DNA from: Candidatus Bathyarchaeota archaeon
GTDB taxonomy: Archaea > Thermoproteota > Bathyarchaeia > Bathyarchaeales > Bathycorpusculaceae
DNA length: 64,000 bases
NCBI GenBank assembly: GCA_963770935.1
Contig: CAVYRJ010000004.1
Coordinates: forward strand, 101,745-165,744
Direction of reading: 5' to 3'
Shown here: positions 63,658 through 64,000 of the stretch, in pieces
Numbering within the stretch: the first letter of the stretch is position 1
How the letters are laid out: the number at the start of each line of letters is the position of its first letter
The notes under the pieces: generated by a model
Told to the model about the DNA's origin: nothing
The model's database searches: none
Seen by the model: only the letters and a program-made list of their open reading frames with translations
Position numbers and translations under genes: made by a program

Positions 63658-64000
63658 ATGGAAAAAACTAGACGAGTGTTCTCTGCGTCTCCATTCTTCG
63701 ATGAGCGAAGCGTCGAATTAATCTTGAGTGAAATCGGCCAAACCCTGAAAAGTGGGGTTCTGACTGATGGTCCACGCGTTCAGGAATTTGAGCGGCAATT
63801 CGCAGATTATGTTCACACCAAGCATGCAATTGCTGTGAGTTCAGGAACAGCTGCGCTGGAAATAATGCTTAGGTTTTTTAATATCGAGAATAGAGAAGTC
63901 ATTGTTCCAACAAACACTTTCGTTGCTACACCCACCTCTGTTTTGTTCTCAGGGGGCAAACCGGTTTTTGGAGATATGAAGGCGGAGACTCTCTGCGTTG
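63658..64000 (+). CDS. DegT/DnrJ/EryC1/StrS sugar aminotransferase (partial)
   Basis: Own translation ...GPRVQEFE...AVSSGTAAL...VIVPTNTFVAT...GGKPVF. Confidence 0.9.
   Translation, partial: MEKTRRVFSASPFFDERSVELILSEIGQTLKSGVLTDGPRVQEFERQFADYVHTKHAIAVSSGTAALEIMLRFFNIENREVIVPTNTFVATPTSVLFSGGKPVFGDMKAETLCV

Overview
Archaeal chromosomal window, most consistent with Bathyarchaeia (archaeal r-protein/eIF6/prefoldin operon, TFB, PQQ-like beta-propeller surface proteins with PTxTP linker and C-terminal TM; taxon is an inference). In order: a secreted beta-helix protein and flippase; the dTDP-rhamnose operon; the conserved rnp4-yhbY-rps19e-...-ftsY operon; miscellaneous small genes; tRNA-Cys; an aryl-acid/amino-acid catabolic cluster (paaI, liv ABC, iorAB, paaK, ACT, acyl-CoA ligase-GNAT) next to a hoxEFUYH hydrogenase; two beta-propeller surface proteins around a ~2-kb tandem duplication of SUI1/TFB that ends inside tRNA-Gln; regulators; a duplicated GT2; a ~7-kb toxin-antitoxin array; and the start of a sugar-modification operon. 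The most unusual element is the TA array (54.8-62.1 kb). Co-oriented TA pairs are separated one by one by a conserved 21-bp core (consensus CGCRTAATGTCWGAAGCWACG, 8 copies). The core is the 3' end of the GT2 gene, and its left and right flanking arms occur in mixed combinations, as expected for repeated site-specific insertion of cassettes. No recombinase gene is present in the window. IorA also carries an inserted four-cluster ferredoxin. Many apparent single-base frameshifts suggest an unpolished long-read consensus, so pseudogene calls and duplications need read-level checks.
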